Shown here: one piece after another, positions 44,757-54,116 of the stretch
Layout of the letters: each line of letters starts with the position of its first letter
Position numbering within the stretch: position 1 is the first letter of the stretch
Source: a virus
Lineage: Duplodnaviria; Heunggongvirae; Uroviricota; Caudoviricetes
Length of the DNA stretch: 64,000 nucleotides
Virus record (IMG/VR): IMGVR_UViG_3300034072_000647
Direction: 5' to 3' (one strand)
Notes under the pieces: model-generated
Seen by the model: the letters and a program-made list of their open reading frames with translations, nothing else
Databases searched by the model: none
What the model was told of the DNA's origin: nothing
Program-made: the position numbers and the translations under genes

Positions 44757-45032
44757 TTACCTAATTTGTTTCAATTCGTATACGGGTTGATATTCATACA
44801 CCTCTACGATTAAATCTTGCGGGTTTAAGTCTAAAGATTCCATAATAAGTCGTGCTTTAATAATCACAGGATCATAGATATTAAAAGCCTGAGCCTTATT
44901 AGTAAGGGTTTCTCGTTCGTACGTGACTGCTATACCACCTATTGAGAATATGACGGTAACATCTGGCTTAGGTCCGTTAAACCCAGACACAGAGCCATGA
45001 GTGATTTTTACAAGAAACTCAGCTGACATCAT
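44757..45032 (-). CDS. Hypothetical protein (91 aa)
   Basis: ORF. Confidence 0.45.
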   Translation of the reverse strand: MMSAEFLVKITHGSVSGFNGPKPDVTVIFSIGGIAVTYERETLTNKAQAFNIYDPVIIKARLIMESLDLNPQDLIVEVYEYQPVYELKQIR

Positions 45033-45243
45033 TCAAGCCTTTCATAGTTAAAACTGCACGAATCTTTTCCACGTCAAATCCACCTCGATCAGGCACATCA
45101 AACCACCAAAGGTCCGAGTCTTCAATTCTTTCCAGAACTGAATTTAACACATGCCATAGAGAATCCCTCTCTTTTTTCGTCTGAGAAAGAGACTTCTGTA
45201 GAGATACAATAGCAGCTGAGAATTCTTCAGGTGATTGCGACAT
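45019..45243 (-). CDS. Hypothetical protein (74 aa)
   Basis: ORF. Confidence 0.45.
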   Translation of the reverse strand: MSQSPEEFSAAIVSLQKSLSQTKKERDSLWHVLNSVLERIEDSDLWWFDVPDRGGFDVEKIRAVLTMKGLNDVS

Positions 45244-45592
45244 AGGTCATTCCTATATAAGTAAGAGAGTGAACAAATTGATCGAAACCGGTCAGAATCC
45301 AGAACTCATTATGAGTCGTTGCAGTCCAGCCTTTGCGCTTGTTTAGGTTCATCTTGAACCAATCCATATGATAATGGATAATGAATTCACCCAACGCTAT
45401 TAGCGCCGCCCATGGCACGCTAACAAAGAAGAGCAGGATCACAAAACTAGCAAGCATATGCTGGCCGGAATGAACAAGTCCACCCCAGTGTCCGTACGTT
45501 CCCTTATTCTGCCACTGATAAGGTGGTTGATAAAGGAAGTCGAAGACGAAATGCTTAAGCGTTAGAAGTGTCAGCAGGAAGAGCATATGCAA
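45227..45592 (-). CDS. Membrane protein (121 aa)
   Basis: ORF. Confidence 0.5.
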   Translation of the reverse strand: MHMLFLLTLLTLKHFVFDFLYQPPYQWQNKGTYGHWGGLVHSGQHMLASFVILLFFVSVPWAALIALGEFIIHYHMDWFKMNLNKRKGWTATTHNEFWILTGFDQFVHSLTYIGMTYVAIT

Positions 45593-45785
45593 GTTCCTTA
45601 TAAATATCTACCCAGTAACCGGCTTTCTGACGCCTTGCAGCATAAATCAGAGCTGCTTCGAAGCTACCCGCATTTTCCGCTAGTGTATGGCGATTAAATT
45701 CTGGCATACCGTTATAGGTGGTTCTGGACAGAACAACATACTGATAGGCACCATCAGAGGGTCTAAACGGCTCAGGTAACATCAA
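45555..45785 (-). CDS. Hypothetical protein (76 aa)
   Basis: ORF. Confidence 0.45.
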   Translation of the reverse strand: MMLPEPFRPSDGAYQYVVLSRTTYNGMPEFNRHTLAENAGSFEAALIYAARRQKAGYWVDIYKELAYALPADTSNA

Positions 45786-45960
45786 TAGTCACCATAGTAT
45801 AAGAGGACCAAGCATCGCCAACTCTGCGATAGACCTGATCACCATAAATGATATCAGCAGCGTTGGTTGCATCGCCAATAGCAATAGCTTCCACCAAACT
45901 ATTCGCACTTTCGTAGTCCCATAGGCCGTTGCCTAAGTCGATCCAGATGGTATATGTCAT
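45772..45960 (-). CDS. Hypothetical protein (62 aa)
   Basis: ORF. Confidence 0.4.
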   Translation of the reverse strand: MTYTIWIDLGNGLWDYESANSLVEAIAIGDATNAADIIYGDQVYRRVGDAWSSYTMVTIDVT

Positions 45961-46165
45961 GAAAATCCATGTTCCTTATGATATTGTCTAGAATTGGGAC
46001 AAGATTGCGAGGGTTCTCAGTTAGGGCTTCTTGGAGTTCGGCTTTAATCAGGAGATTTTTAGCCTGATGTAGTGATTTACCCTCAGCGCGAAGTTGCTTG
46101 ATGTTTTGTGAATTATACCAACTACTTCCGCTCATAGGGGTCTCCACAGAATATACACTCATCAT
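45899..46165 (-). CDS. Hypothetical protein (88 aa)
   Basis: ORF. Confidence 0.45.
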   Translation of the reverse strand: MMSVYSVETPMSGSSWYNSQNIKQLRAEGKSLHQAKNLLIKAELQEALTENPRNLVPILDNIIRNMDFHDIYHLDRLRQRPMGLRKCE

Positions 46166-46487
46166 GACACCAATCTAATTCGTCATTATACACACACTTT
46201 TTAGTGGGTGAAGTGGGGCAATCCCAGGCCCAGTAGTCAGTATCTACACTGAGCTCGGAACTGTTGATGTCTCCTAGATGCGAAGCGACGAGTTTCTGCT
46301 TGGCTTCTTTAGCTGCGCGGCGAAGCCCGCGAGCCTGTGCTTCCAGCCTCTCAGCATCTTGCTCCCAGCCGATAATAGTTCCCATGCTAGTCATATATTC
46401 CTCCACTACTTCTTCGATAGCTTTTATCATTTCATGCGTAAGAAGTACCATCGAAATACTCCATCTTACTATAGTGGCCGAAAGCAT
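46122..46487 (-). CDS. Hypothetical protein with C-terminal zinc finger
   Basis: ORF. Confidence 0.5.
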   Translation of the reverse strand: MLSATIVRWSISMVLLTHEMIKAIEEVVEEYMTSMGTIIGWEQDAERLEAQARGLRRAAKEAKQKLVASHLGDINSSELSVDTDYWAWDCPTSPTKKCVYNDELDWCHDECIFCGDPYERK

Positions 46488-46623
46488 CCATAGTGTAGAT
46501 AGCCACTGCTAGTGGTGCGTTATCTCCTTGCATGATGCTATCTCCATATTCCTGAATGTCATCATCTTTGATGCGCTTAGAAACACTATAGCCATCTTCA
46601 CGGATTTCTACAATATGGATCAT
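46432..46623 (-). CDS. Hypothetical protein (63 aa)
   Basis: ORF. Confidence 0.4.
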   Translation of the reverse strand: MIHIVEIREDGYSVSKRIKDDDIQEYGDSIMQGDNAPLAVAIYTMDAFGHYSKMEYFDGTSYA

Positions 46624-46726
46624 AACCCACGCTTTCTTTTATACCAGGGAATAAACTCTTCGTAATCCTCAGGATTACGACTTACGGGCGGATTGCCGTA
46701 AAATGACACCATAAAAAGCTCAAGAC

Positions 46727-46972
46727 TTACGACCTCAGCGACACCCCACGAGCCTTTTTCAGACCGCGTGACTTTGGTCCCGATTTCCATAGTTGAATAA
46801 CCTTCCCCATACTATAGCACATAACCAGAAAAGATAGAATTCCTCCGATGAAAAATCCCATCGCTACAATAAATTTATCGAAGCCTAGCTGGTTTATGAT
46901 AGCTGCTGACCCGCATAGCAGGATAAAAGCCCACAGTGCCGGCAAAAAGCCGTCTTCTAGAGTGTCTCTCAT
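46727..46972 (-). CDS. Small membrane protein
   Basis: ORF. Confidence 0.45.
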   Translation of the reverse strand: MRDTLEDGFLPALWAFILLCGSAAIINQLGFDKFIVAMGFFIGGILSFLVMCYSMGKVIQLWKSGPKSRGLKKARGVSLRS

Positions 46973-47160
46973 GGTGAGGTAATCCTTCCAATAACATAAG
47001 CCAAAGACAGTAGTGCTAGAACGGCGGCGAACATAATAGCCAAATAACCGATTACTGTGAAGAAAATGCCCATATAAAGCATACAGATCGATAGTACGAT
47101 CATAAATGCAGGTAGCAGCCCTCGATAGATATAATCACTCATGAAAAGCCCTCGTTGCAA
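46969..47160 (-). CDS. Small membrane protein
   Basis: ORF. Confidence 0.45.
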   Translation of the reverse strand: MQRGLFMSDYIYRGLLPAFMIVLSICMLYMGIFFTVIGYLAIMFAAVLALLSLAYVIGRITSP

Positions 47161-47332
47161 GATTGATGATGCTAGTCTCGTGGCCTTTAGGGTTATTCAG
47201 AATAGCTGCAGCAAGATTCTTTCGATCTTGGTCCATCTTCAATGCCAAATCTTTCATAGAATTCACTAGAGCACTGAGAGCGATAAGACATACTATTATA
47301 ACGAGCGAAAGTCCTACTATAACTAGTAACAT
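47135..47332 (-). CDS. Small membrane protein
   Basis: ORF. Confidence 0.45.
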   Translation of the reverse strand: MLLVIVGLSLVIIVCLIALSALVNSMKDLALKMDQDRKNLAAAILNNPKGHETSIINLATRAFHE

Positions 47333-47538
47333 TATTCAGTACTCCCGCTAAGGGCTTTTCCAACCCAATAACACACCCAAATAAACACACCAAGAAGAAT
47401 TCCGGCAACTGCTGTCAAGGGTGAAAGAATAAAAATATGTATAACGGATATAACCGCTATAGCGCAACCGACTGTCAGAACCACCACAATGAAGAGTAGT
47501 ACTAGCGTCGGGATGACACCTTTAAGAAAGTATCTCAC
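47332..47538 (-). CDS. Small membrane protein
   Basis: ORF. Confidence 0.45.
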   Translation of the reverse strand: MRYFLKGVIPTLVLLFIVVVLTVGCAIAVISVIHIFILSPLTAVAGILLGVFIWVCYWVGKALSGSTE

Positions 47539-47834
47539 ATCGCACCTTCAAACATTTCGTCCAGGAACTCGTTCAGACCATTGAAGCCATACAGATCAGC
47601 GAACTCGCTGTCATAAACCTTCATTTCGTCCTCAGTGCCGCAAGCCAGCTGCACCATTTCACTGTGATCCAGCGTCGACAGATAAGACTCGACACACGCC
47701 AGGAAATCATCGTCGTAATCCGTCAGAAACAGATACAGCTTGTCGATAATCTTCTCAAGCGACTGGTCCGCACTCACGCAACCGTTGTCGTAAGCGATCT
47801 CTTCGGCAATCTTTTCAATCATCACGTAACGCAT
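47535..47834 (-). CDS. Acidic hypothetical protein (99 aa)
   Basis: ORF. Confidence 0.5.
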   Translation of the reverse strand: MRYVMIEKIAEEIAYDNGCVSADQSLEKIIDKLYLFLTDYDDDFLACVESYLSTLDHSEMVQLACGTEDEMKVYDSEFADLYGFNGLNEFLDEMFEGAM

Positions 47835-47837
47835 AAG

Positions 47838-48149
47838 TTATCCTTTAACGAGAGTTCGGTAAGTGGGAACATGATCGGAAGTGGTAGAGGCCAGACGTTG
47901 CTTGCAGATCTTTACCAACTTACTGTCGGCTGAATAAACATCCACAATTCTCTCTAGAACGAACCTAAACGGACAGAACCGAGCATGAAACTTGTCCAGC
48001 CATGTGGGTGTGTTAATTACAACCACCTCGTCCTGATCCGTGATCCAATCTAGACCATAATGGTAACGTAGCGTCCCGCATCGCTTCATCCAGTAGTACA
48101 TTTGAGCACTCTGTTGAGGCGTGCCATAGGTTTTATCAATTGCCGCCAT
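47838..48149 (-). CDS. Hypothetical protein (103 aa)
   Basis: ORF downstream of the conserved promoter/leader. Confidence 0.5.
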   Translation of the reverse strand: MAAIDKTYGTPQQSAQMYYWMKRCGTLRYHYGLDWITDQDEVVVINTPTWLDKFHARFCPFRFVLERIVDVYSADSKLVKICKQRLASTTSDHVPTYRTLVKG

Positions 48150-48239
48150 GTGGTCTCCTGTCTTGATGCCTCATTATAACAAAAAGGGCGGAGTGAGTCA
48201 ACAGCTAGATTTAGTAGTCGTACTCTCTCCGCCCTTTTA

Positions 48240-48443
48240 TTAGTTGCCCGGAAGCAAAAGATATTTCCTCGTAGGCATATCCGGCCTAGCATTCTGAATC
48301 CAACCATCGGACCTAGGGTAGCATAGGTCTACTACTGCTATTTCGTCAATGTTCAGCTCACACTGTTCACTAAACATCCGGTGGGCCACTATCATGTCTT
48401 GGTCCAGGGTAAGTAGATACTTAATGAGCTCACGTACGGTCAT
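48240..48443 (-). CDS. Hypothetical protein (67 aa)
   Basis: ORF downstream of the conserved promoter/leader. Confidence 0.45.
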   Translation of the reverse strand: MTVRELIKYLLTLDQDMIVAHRMFSEQCELNIDEIAVVDLCYPRSDGWIQNARPDMPTRKYLLLPGN

Positions 48444-48504
48444 TATCGGCCTCCTCTTGAAGGCCCATTATAGCAAGATAGGCACCCAGAGTCAACAATC
48501 CAAA

Positions 48505-48999
48505 TCAATAATCCAGATAATAAGTCTTATAAGTCTCTATAGCCGTCTTTCTATAGTCCTCGCACCAATCCAAGTCCAACTCTATTCCCAGACTTTCATA
48601 GTACAACATGTCCCTCAAAGTCTTTCTAAACGTCGCACCGTTAAAGCCCATGGTATAAAGATGACAACCTACCACGACTTTCATAGGAGCTACTCTACAC
48701 TTCAGTACTTCGGAACCTCTACCACTGTTAAAGTCATAGGGTATAATCTCTGTAGACCACTCTCTGACCTTCCTATTAACACTATTATCTCTAATGTCAA
48801 TATCTAGAGTAACCCCATTCTGGGACATAATTCTGCGTGTAGGAGTCTTAATTAAAGGGCCTTTTAAGTGTTCGTGTAGCCAGTCTACTTGTTCTTCGGA
48901 AGCTATTAGATCAATATCTTTTGTGAAGCCGTTTCTCCACGGAGGTAAATATCCCCAATACTCTGCGGCCTTAGAACCTACTAAAATCGGTAATTGCAT
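48505..48999 (-). CDS. Hypothetical protein (164 aa)
   Basis: ORF. Confidence 0.5.
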   Translation of the reverse strand: MQLPILVGSKAAEYWGYLPPWRNGFTKDIDLIASEEQVDWLHEHLKGPLIKTPTRRIMSQNGVTLDIDIRDNSVNRKVREWSTEIIPYDFNSGRGSEVLKCRVAPMKVVVGCHLYTMGFNGATFRKTLRDMLYYESLGIELDLDWCEDYRKTAIETYKTYYLDY

Positions 49000-49000
49000 T

Positions 49001-49726
49001 TCACATCCCCGTTACATCTACTAGAAGGAAATTCGCTGAACCTTCTGCGAAGTCTCCATACATTTCATAATCACTATAGGCTGGAGCAAATCCATCGCCA
49101 CCATTAGTCGAGATAAGATCGATTCGGTATCCGCCCAAAACATTAGTACCCATTGTTAGATTCTGCTCCCAAGTCCAATAATAAGTAGGAGGCCCAGAAG
49201 GGTTAGAAATTTCGTGCTCTTGCTCACGATAGCCATAGCCTGAACAAAGTGCCAAAGCATAAGTTCTAGAATCATCTACGACCCAGCCCTGCCTGCTGGA
49301 ATTATATGTAGGGCTGCGGGTTTCTACTAGCATAGCTTGCTGAGCGGAGCTGTAGGTGAGATTTCCCGAAGCATCATATATTGCTAGTCCCCAGGAATCT
49401 CTAGTGTTGGGCCTGTCGAAAATATAATAGTCTACAATGTAGGTACCCTGAAGTCCTGACCAGTTTTCCATGGCTATCTTAAAGGTCCAGGTTCCTCCAC
49501 TTAGTTTGGCACCGGTCATGGTTGCGTAGGCTTGTCGTTCTGGCGGCACTCTGAGGGCTACTAGAGGAGTAGAGCCTCCCGAGTAGGTGAGATTTGCTGT
49601 AATATGGGCGGTATTAGTACCTGAGGCAACTGTTAGCTGGCCCTTTTGTCTAAGCTGAAGACATGGGGTTGTTTCGTCTATCTGAAGGGTTCCATCTTCT
49701 GTGAAAGATTGAAAGCCAAAAGCCAT
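49001..49726 (-). CDS. Hypothetical beta-rich protein (241 aa)
   Basis: ORF. Confidence 0.5.
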   Translation of the reverse strand: MAFGFQSFTEDGTLQIDETTPCLQLRQKGQLTVASGTNTAHITANLTYSGGSTPLVALRVPPERQAYATMTGAKLSGGTWTFKIAMENWSGLQGTYIVDYYIFDRPNTRDSWGLAIYDASGNLTYSSAQQAMLVETRSPTYNSSRQGWVVDDSRTYALALCSGYGYREQEHEISNPSGPPTYYWTWEQNLTMGTNVLGGYRIDLISTNGGDGFAPAYSDYEMYGDFAEGSANFLLVDVTGM

Positions 49727-50049
49727 TATGCAGTCCCCCAGAATACGTAGGCCACGGCACCTGCTGGCCAGGGATCACGACCTGGGCCATAAGTCACTGT
49801 GGAATTTGCCTCATTTATGCCTAGAATAGCGACTCCTCCGTTACTTCCGTAGGTGAAGGCCCAGATTGTGGCGGAGCCAGTTTTTGGCACACTTACTGTA
49901 GTAGTGCCGCCTCCTGCAGTGATAGTGACTGTACCCATTTGTCTAGTTGTCTTTCTGGTCGTATCTAACCAGGTGGCCCCGTTGGGGCCAAATATCTGTA
50001 GTCCATATGCCATAGCTTGTAGCATAACAAAAAAGGACCAAAAAGTCAA
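49726..50049 (-). CDS. Hypothetical protein (107 aa)
   Basis: ORF with an ATGA junction to the downstream gene. Confidence 0.5.
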   Translation of the reverse strand: MTFWSFFVMLQAMAYGLQIFGPNGATWLDTTRKTTRQMGTVTITAGGGTTTVSVPKTGSATIWAFTYGSNGGVAILGINEANSTVTYGPGRDPWPAGAVAYVFWGTA

Positions 50050-50090
50050 GTAAAATTTTAGCCACCTAACCGAAGCTAGGTGGCTATCAT

Positions 50091-50528
50091 TTAAGCTAGT
50101 TTATATTCCTCTTTGGAGGTGGGAGTAATGGCATCTACTTCTAAAATTAGCATATCCCCAAAAGTAGTGCTTAACGCCCCTTTTACAGCTTGGTTAGCAT
50201 CGCTATAGCTATGGAAACTAATACCAGTGTAGTACCAGTCATTGTCTTCATCTTGCAAGTACAGTAAGAATCTACCGGCCTCTTTTCCGTCCATTCTAGA
50301 GTGGAATACGGTTCTTACAGTACCAATATCTTTCAAATCTTCGTCAAATTCTACAATTTGTGCAGTGAATCCGTCATCCATAAGGTGAAGATCTTGTTTC
50401 ACAGGTTCACCACCATAGCGGCGTGCCTGCTTCTCAGTTACATAACTAGAGGTGATGGTATATTTTTCAGTTTCGGTTTTTACATAGTACATATGAGATT
50501 TTCCTTTTGTGTACGATCTAAACTTCAT
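50091..50528 (-). CDS. Hypothetical protein (145 aa)
   Basis: ORF. Confidence 0.5.
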   Translation of the reverse strand: MKFRSYTKGKSHMYYVKTETEKYTITSSYVTEKQARRYGGEPVKQDLHLMDDGFTAQIVEFDEDLKDIGTVRTVFHSRMDGKEAGRFLLYLQDEDNDWYYTGISFHSYSDANQAVKGALSTTFGDMLILEVDAITPTSKEEYKLA

Positions 50529-50566
50529 TGTTTAGAAGTATACTATAGTATAGTTTGACCTCAAAG

Positions 50567-50896
50567 TCAAGAAATATAATTTTCGACGGTTTCACTATCT
50601 ACTACTAGCACTTCGGGAAATAAAAATCTTAGCCCATTCATACAAGACAAAGCGTGCGCTTTGTTCTTAAAACCTCTAGGTAGCTTTTTCCATACTCCGT
50701 CTAAATACCAGACTTTATATTTCCCTTTCATATAATAATCATCTAAAAGCTTATCACTACTAAAAGAAGCTTCTATTCTGTTGCTACCGTTAAAAGGAAT
50801 AATTTCATTATCTACAAAGGATAGTAGTTCCTCGGTTCCATTAACTTTAGCGAAAACTTTATAAATTCCGCCGTGTTTTTCTTCTACTCTATACAT
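50567..50896 (-). CDS. Hypothetical protein (109 aa)
   Basis: ORF. Confidence 0.5.
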   Translation of the reverse strand: MYRVEEKHGGIYKVFAKVNGTEELLSFVDNEIIPFNGSNRIEASFSSDKLLDDYYMKGKYKVWYLDGVWKKLPRGFKNKAHALSCMNGLRFLFPEVLVVDSETVENYIS

Positions 50897-51124
50897 GTTA
50901 TCATATTAGCACTTAACAATTAGTGGGTCAACTACTATTTTCAGAAAAACAGACTATTATAACTTGAAAATATACCCATTCCCCCTCGTTTTAGTCTGGT
51001 TATATTATTCGACTAAGCGCTTGTGCTAGATAGTTACGACCCTGGGAAAAATAATTCTTGACTTTTGGCAAAAGTCATGATACTATAGTAACGTAGTTAC
51101 AGATTGGTAGTATGCAAAAATTGA

Positions 51125-51262
51125 TTTATCAGACTGCGGAGGATGTCCCTAATTACATTAGGTAAGGTACTTTGAAGAGAAGGAAGAGGCCTCTGGACGG
51201 AGGGAATTCTCGGGTACCTTAACTGAATGTCTATTAGGGACATATCCTCCGCAGGTAATTTA
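51125..51262. repeat. Large imperfect inverted repeat (about 40-bp arms, about 50-bp spacer)
   Basis: CTGCGGAGGATGTCCCTAATTACATTAGGTAAGGTAC ... GGTACCTTAACTGAATGTCTATTAGGGACATATCCTCCGCAG. Confidence 0.6.
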
Positions 51263-52104
51263 ATCTTACCAAAGCGGTAAGATCATTTTACAATAAGTCA
51301 AAGGTCCTCATCGTATTGCGTCTTCACTACGTGAAGACCAATGCAACGTGCTAAAGTGATTTAATTCACTATGGAATACTAAGGCAACTTGATGGGTTGC
51401 ATACCAATTTTCATCTATTTCATAAAATTGGAACGAACTCCGCTACCGGCCGCCCCACCTCCTAGCTTCGTGAACATGCTCTAGCTTATTATGACCTTTA
51501 AAGGGTTGTAGCAGGCTTTTATTTTGTCCTAAGCATACGCACTTCATTCCCATCACCCTAGATTGAGTAAATACTGTAGTGTGCGTTGGTCTGCTACACC
51601 CGTTGAAAGGCCCGTAGTCGGTTGCAACCTGCCACAGGTCCGCAGCAAATTTTTCTGAATCCGCTCGAATTTGCACTAAATTCGGCGCAACTTTTCCCGC
51701 AAACCACCCGTTGCATCCCGTTATCATCGAGCAAAGTGGCAGAAAATAAAAATATGTGGTTAAATCAGCACTTTGTCAAATAAATCTTGACTTTACGCAA
51801 AATAAGGCTTATAATCGTGGCGTTTACCGAATATGGTAGATTTTGCACTGATATTGAATTTGCACTGCCGCCGGCGCAGGTGAGTTTCGGCGCTAGAGAA
51901 ATTTTGGTCGAAATCTGTCTTTGGCACGAAGATGCCTAGCTGGGTAGCTTTAGCACTGGTCGAATTAGCACTTTATTGGCCACACGTAAAAATAGTTGTT
52001 GAACTACTACTGCCGCCGGCGCAATAGCAGCGCTATTGCGAATCATTAGCAATAAAAAATCCTTTGTTTTCAATGACTTAGCTGGAACCGACCGGCCGCC
52101 AAAT

Positions 52105-52190
52105 GTTACGTTATATCATATCCCTATGTGATGATATATCATATCCTGATGTTACGTTATATCATATCGTCATGTTATAACATATCCTAG
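52105..52190. repeat. Four direct repeats of TTATATCATATCC-like 13-mers at about 21-bp spacing
   Basis: ttatatcatatcc / atatatcatatcc / ttatatcatatcg / ttataacatatcc. Confidence 0.55.
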
Positions 52191-52259
52191 CCGGTCTCAG
52201 GGGGCACGATTATAGCAGCGTTCGCGGTCGTGTCAAGCCCAAGAAAAATAAATTTTTGC

Positions 52260-52320
52260 TTGACGCGGGCTTGCTAGTCTGCCAAAATCGGCGCAAGTTA
52301 TTGAGAATGATTCTCAGTAG
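52260..52320 (+). promoter_or_regulatory. Promoter-hairpin unit: TTGACG-N17-CAAAAT-CGGCGCAA plus palindrome TTGAGAATGATTCTCA
   Basis: Plus-strand sigma70 consensus with a GC-rich discriminator. No downstream plus-strand ORF. Confidence 0.5.
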
Positions 52321-52354
52321 AGGACAAAAGAAAAGGGCCTTGCGGCCCAAGTCT

Positions 52355-52600
52355 TTATTCGTTCTCCACCTCGACCCGTCCGATTAGGTCCGCGTTCCTA
52401 TAGTAAAACATTTTTTCGGTTCCGTCAACGTGCATTTGATGGACCCAGAAAATATCCTGCCGCCCCCCTTCCCAGCCGCAGCGAAGGGATGCCACCACCT
52501 TGCCGCAAGGGCCACGCCCTAGCTTAAATTCAGCAACGGTAAAAATATTGCCGCCGCCATTGTCATAGCGCGCTGGAACGCGAATTTTAACAATCGCCAT
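52355..52600 (-). CDS. Hypothetical protein (81 aa), GC-rich module
   Basis: ORF followed by the GGGCCGCAAGGCCC+T-run terminator at 52322-52350. Confidence 0.5.
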   Translation of the reverse strand: MAIVKIRVPARYDNGGGNIFTVAEFKLGRGPCGKVVASLRCGWEGGRQDIFWVHQMHVDGTEKMFYYRNADLIGRVEVENE

Positions 52601-52736
52601 TTTCCAATTCCCTAATTTCGCGCAAGAGCCTTATGCGCTCATTATCCTTAGCAGGGGTGAAAGGCTCGCGCAAGCATTTTTCCATTTTCTTGCGCAGTTT
52701 TTTCATCTTCGCATAATAGGTAGCGTTGCGTTCCAT
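52587..52736 (-). CDS. Hypothetical basic small protein (49 aa)
   Basis: Unlisted ORF MERNATYYAKMKK... that overlaps the start of the next gene. Confidence 0.35.
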   Translation of the reverse strand: MERNATYYAKMKKLRKKMEKCLREPFTPAKDNERIRLLREIRELENGDC

Positions 52737-52738
52737 AG

Positions 52739-52909
52739 CTAATCCTCCAGCCATGTTTTGCCGCTATTAAGGTCGCGACATTCCACCACCTTAACGCTAT
52801 TTCCAGCGTTAATCAAGTCATTAAATATCTTTTTTGCTTCCAGTTTGTCGGAGCCGCTCCAGTAGTCAAACCAGTCGAGGCCGTGAAGCGTGAAAATCTC
52901 ATAATACAT
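52739..52909 (-). CDS. Hypothetical protein
   Basis: Started at MYYEIF after an AAAGGA SD. Minus-strand TTGACA promoters lie upstream. Confidence 0.45.
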   Translation of the reverse strand: MYYEIFTLHGLDWFDYWSGSDKLEAKKIFNDLINAGNSVKVVECRDLNSGKTWLED

Positions 52910-53074
52910 ATTCAATCCTTTCCAGTGCCAGCTTAGGCGGAACAAACGCCCATGTCAACATGTAATTTATGAGAACAAACCGTGACCAAATTTTCGGCGC
53001 TCCCTATGGATAAACATAACGCCGTTTTGGCGGTCTGTCAAGCGAAAAATTTGCTTTTTTGCATAATTTTTCGG

Positions 53075-53105
53075 TTGACAGGTATGTCTATAAAAATGCT
53101 ATAAT
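53075..53105 (+). promoter_or_regulatory. Plus-strand promoter TTGACA ... TATAAT (19-bp spacer) divergent from minus-strand TTGACA promoters
   Basis: Drives a roughly 90-nt ORF-free transcript that ends at the 53161-53195 terminator. Confidence 0.45.
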
Positions 53106-53160
53106 CGCCCCGTTTCGGTCGCCCCATGATATGATATATCATCACATTGCTAGAACGTCA

Positions 53161-53195
53161 AAAAACCGGAGATGGCCATCTCCGGTTTTTCTATC
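53161..53195. terminator. Bidirectional intrinsic terminator
   Basis: AAAAACCGGAGATggccATCTCCGGTTTTT. Confidence 0.7.
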
Positions 53196-53522
53196 TAGCC
53201 GTATCGGTTGACTAGCAAAACGCCGTTTTAACTATTCAGCAGACGATACTGTTATAGGGTGACAATTCCGGTTTAATGAGAATTACGGAAAGCCCCTTGC
53301 TAAGTCTGACCTATCTCCATTTCAACCAAACCTAACTAATGATCGCTTTTCGTTTGTCACGCTTCCCGTTCGCCCCGTCTTTAATTGCTATTTTTCAAGC
53401 CGCGAGTGAAAGGGGAAATGGAAGCTATGACAAATCAGGCTAATCGAATCCAAACCTTATGCGATGATTATAGACGTTTTGGGCGGGCCGGTCAAGAATT
53501 ATTTTGACCGGCCCTAATCCCG

Positions 53523-53930
53523 TTAGTCGTCCGTGCCGGTCTTTTCCAGCGAAACGCGGCTGGCCGCTGCCTCAACATAGGCGGCGATAGCGACCAGTGC
53601 GGCCTTTGGCGACTTTTCCAGACCGTCCAGATTGCCCGTCACGATAGCGCCGATGCGTTCGACAAGGTCGGTTTTCTTGACGATGGGGCTGCCGTCCTTG
53701 GAGGTCGGTTCCTTGCCCGCGTAGGGCAGGCCCATCCGGCCAATCTTGGCGACCAGCGAACGATAGGAACGTTCCTTGCCGTCGCTATCGCGCATGTCGG
53801 GGCGTTCCGCCAGCGCCTTGGCGATTTCCAGATTGCCCTTTCCGTTGGGGCCGGCTTCGCAAGCCGCACGAATGATTGCTTCCTGAGCGGCGGTATAGTT
53901 GGTCGGCTTGGCGTTTGCGGTGTTGTCCAT
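53523..53930 (-). CDS. Hypothetical protein (135 aa)
   Basis: Started at MDNTANAK after an AAAGGA SD. Confidence 0.5.
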   Translation of the reverse strand: MDNTANAKPTNYTAAQEAIIRAACEAGPNGKGNLEIAKALAERPDMRDSDGKERSYRSLVAKIGRMGLPYAGKEPTSKDGSPIVKKTDLVERIGAIVTGNLDGLEKSPKAALVAIAAYVEAAASRVSLEKTGTDD

Positions 53931-54058
53931 TTTTAAGAGTCCTTTTGACTTTAGTGTTTCTCTATCAAGCTGCCTCATCGCCTCTTGATGTAATCCTTAT
54001 ATATCGGGCGAAGCATCCCGTCAACAAAAATCGACAAAAAATCTGAAAATCTTTTCTC

Positions 54059-54116
54059 TTGACATGGGCTGAAAAACCTGCTAAAATTTCGGCGCAAAAT
54101 CGGGATCGATTTTTGG
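54059..54116 (+). promoter_or_regulatory. Promoter-hairpin unit: TTGACA-N17-TAAAAT-ttCGGCGCAAAATCGggatCGATTTT
   Basis: Same module family. Confidence 0.5.

Noticed and set aside
14862-48480. Repeated about 45-bp elements that could be mistaken for a CRISPR array or MITEs
   Set aside because: They are irregularly spaced, each precedes a gene, and they contain consensus -35/-10 plus SD. They are promoters, not CRISPR repeats.
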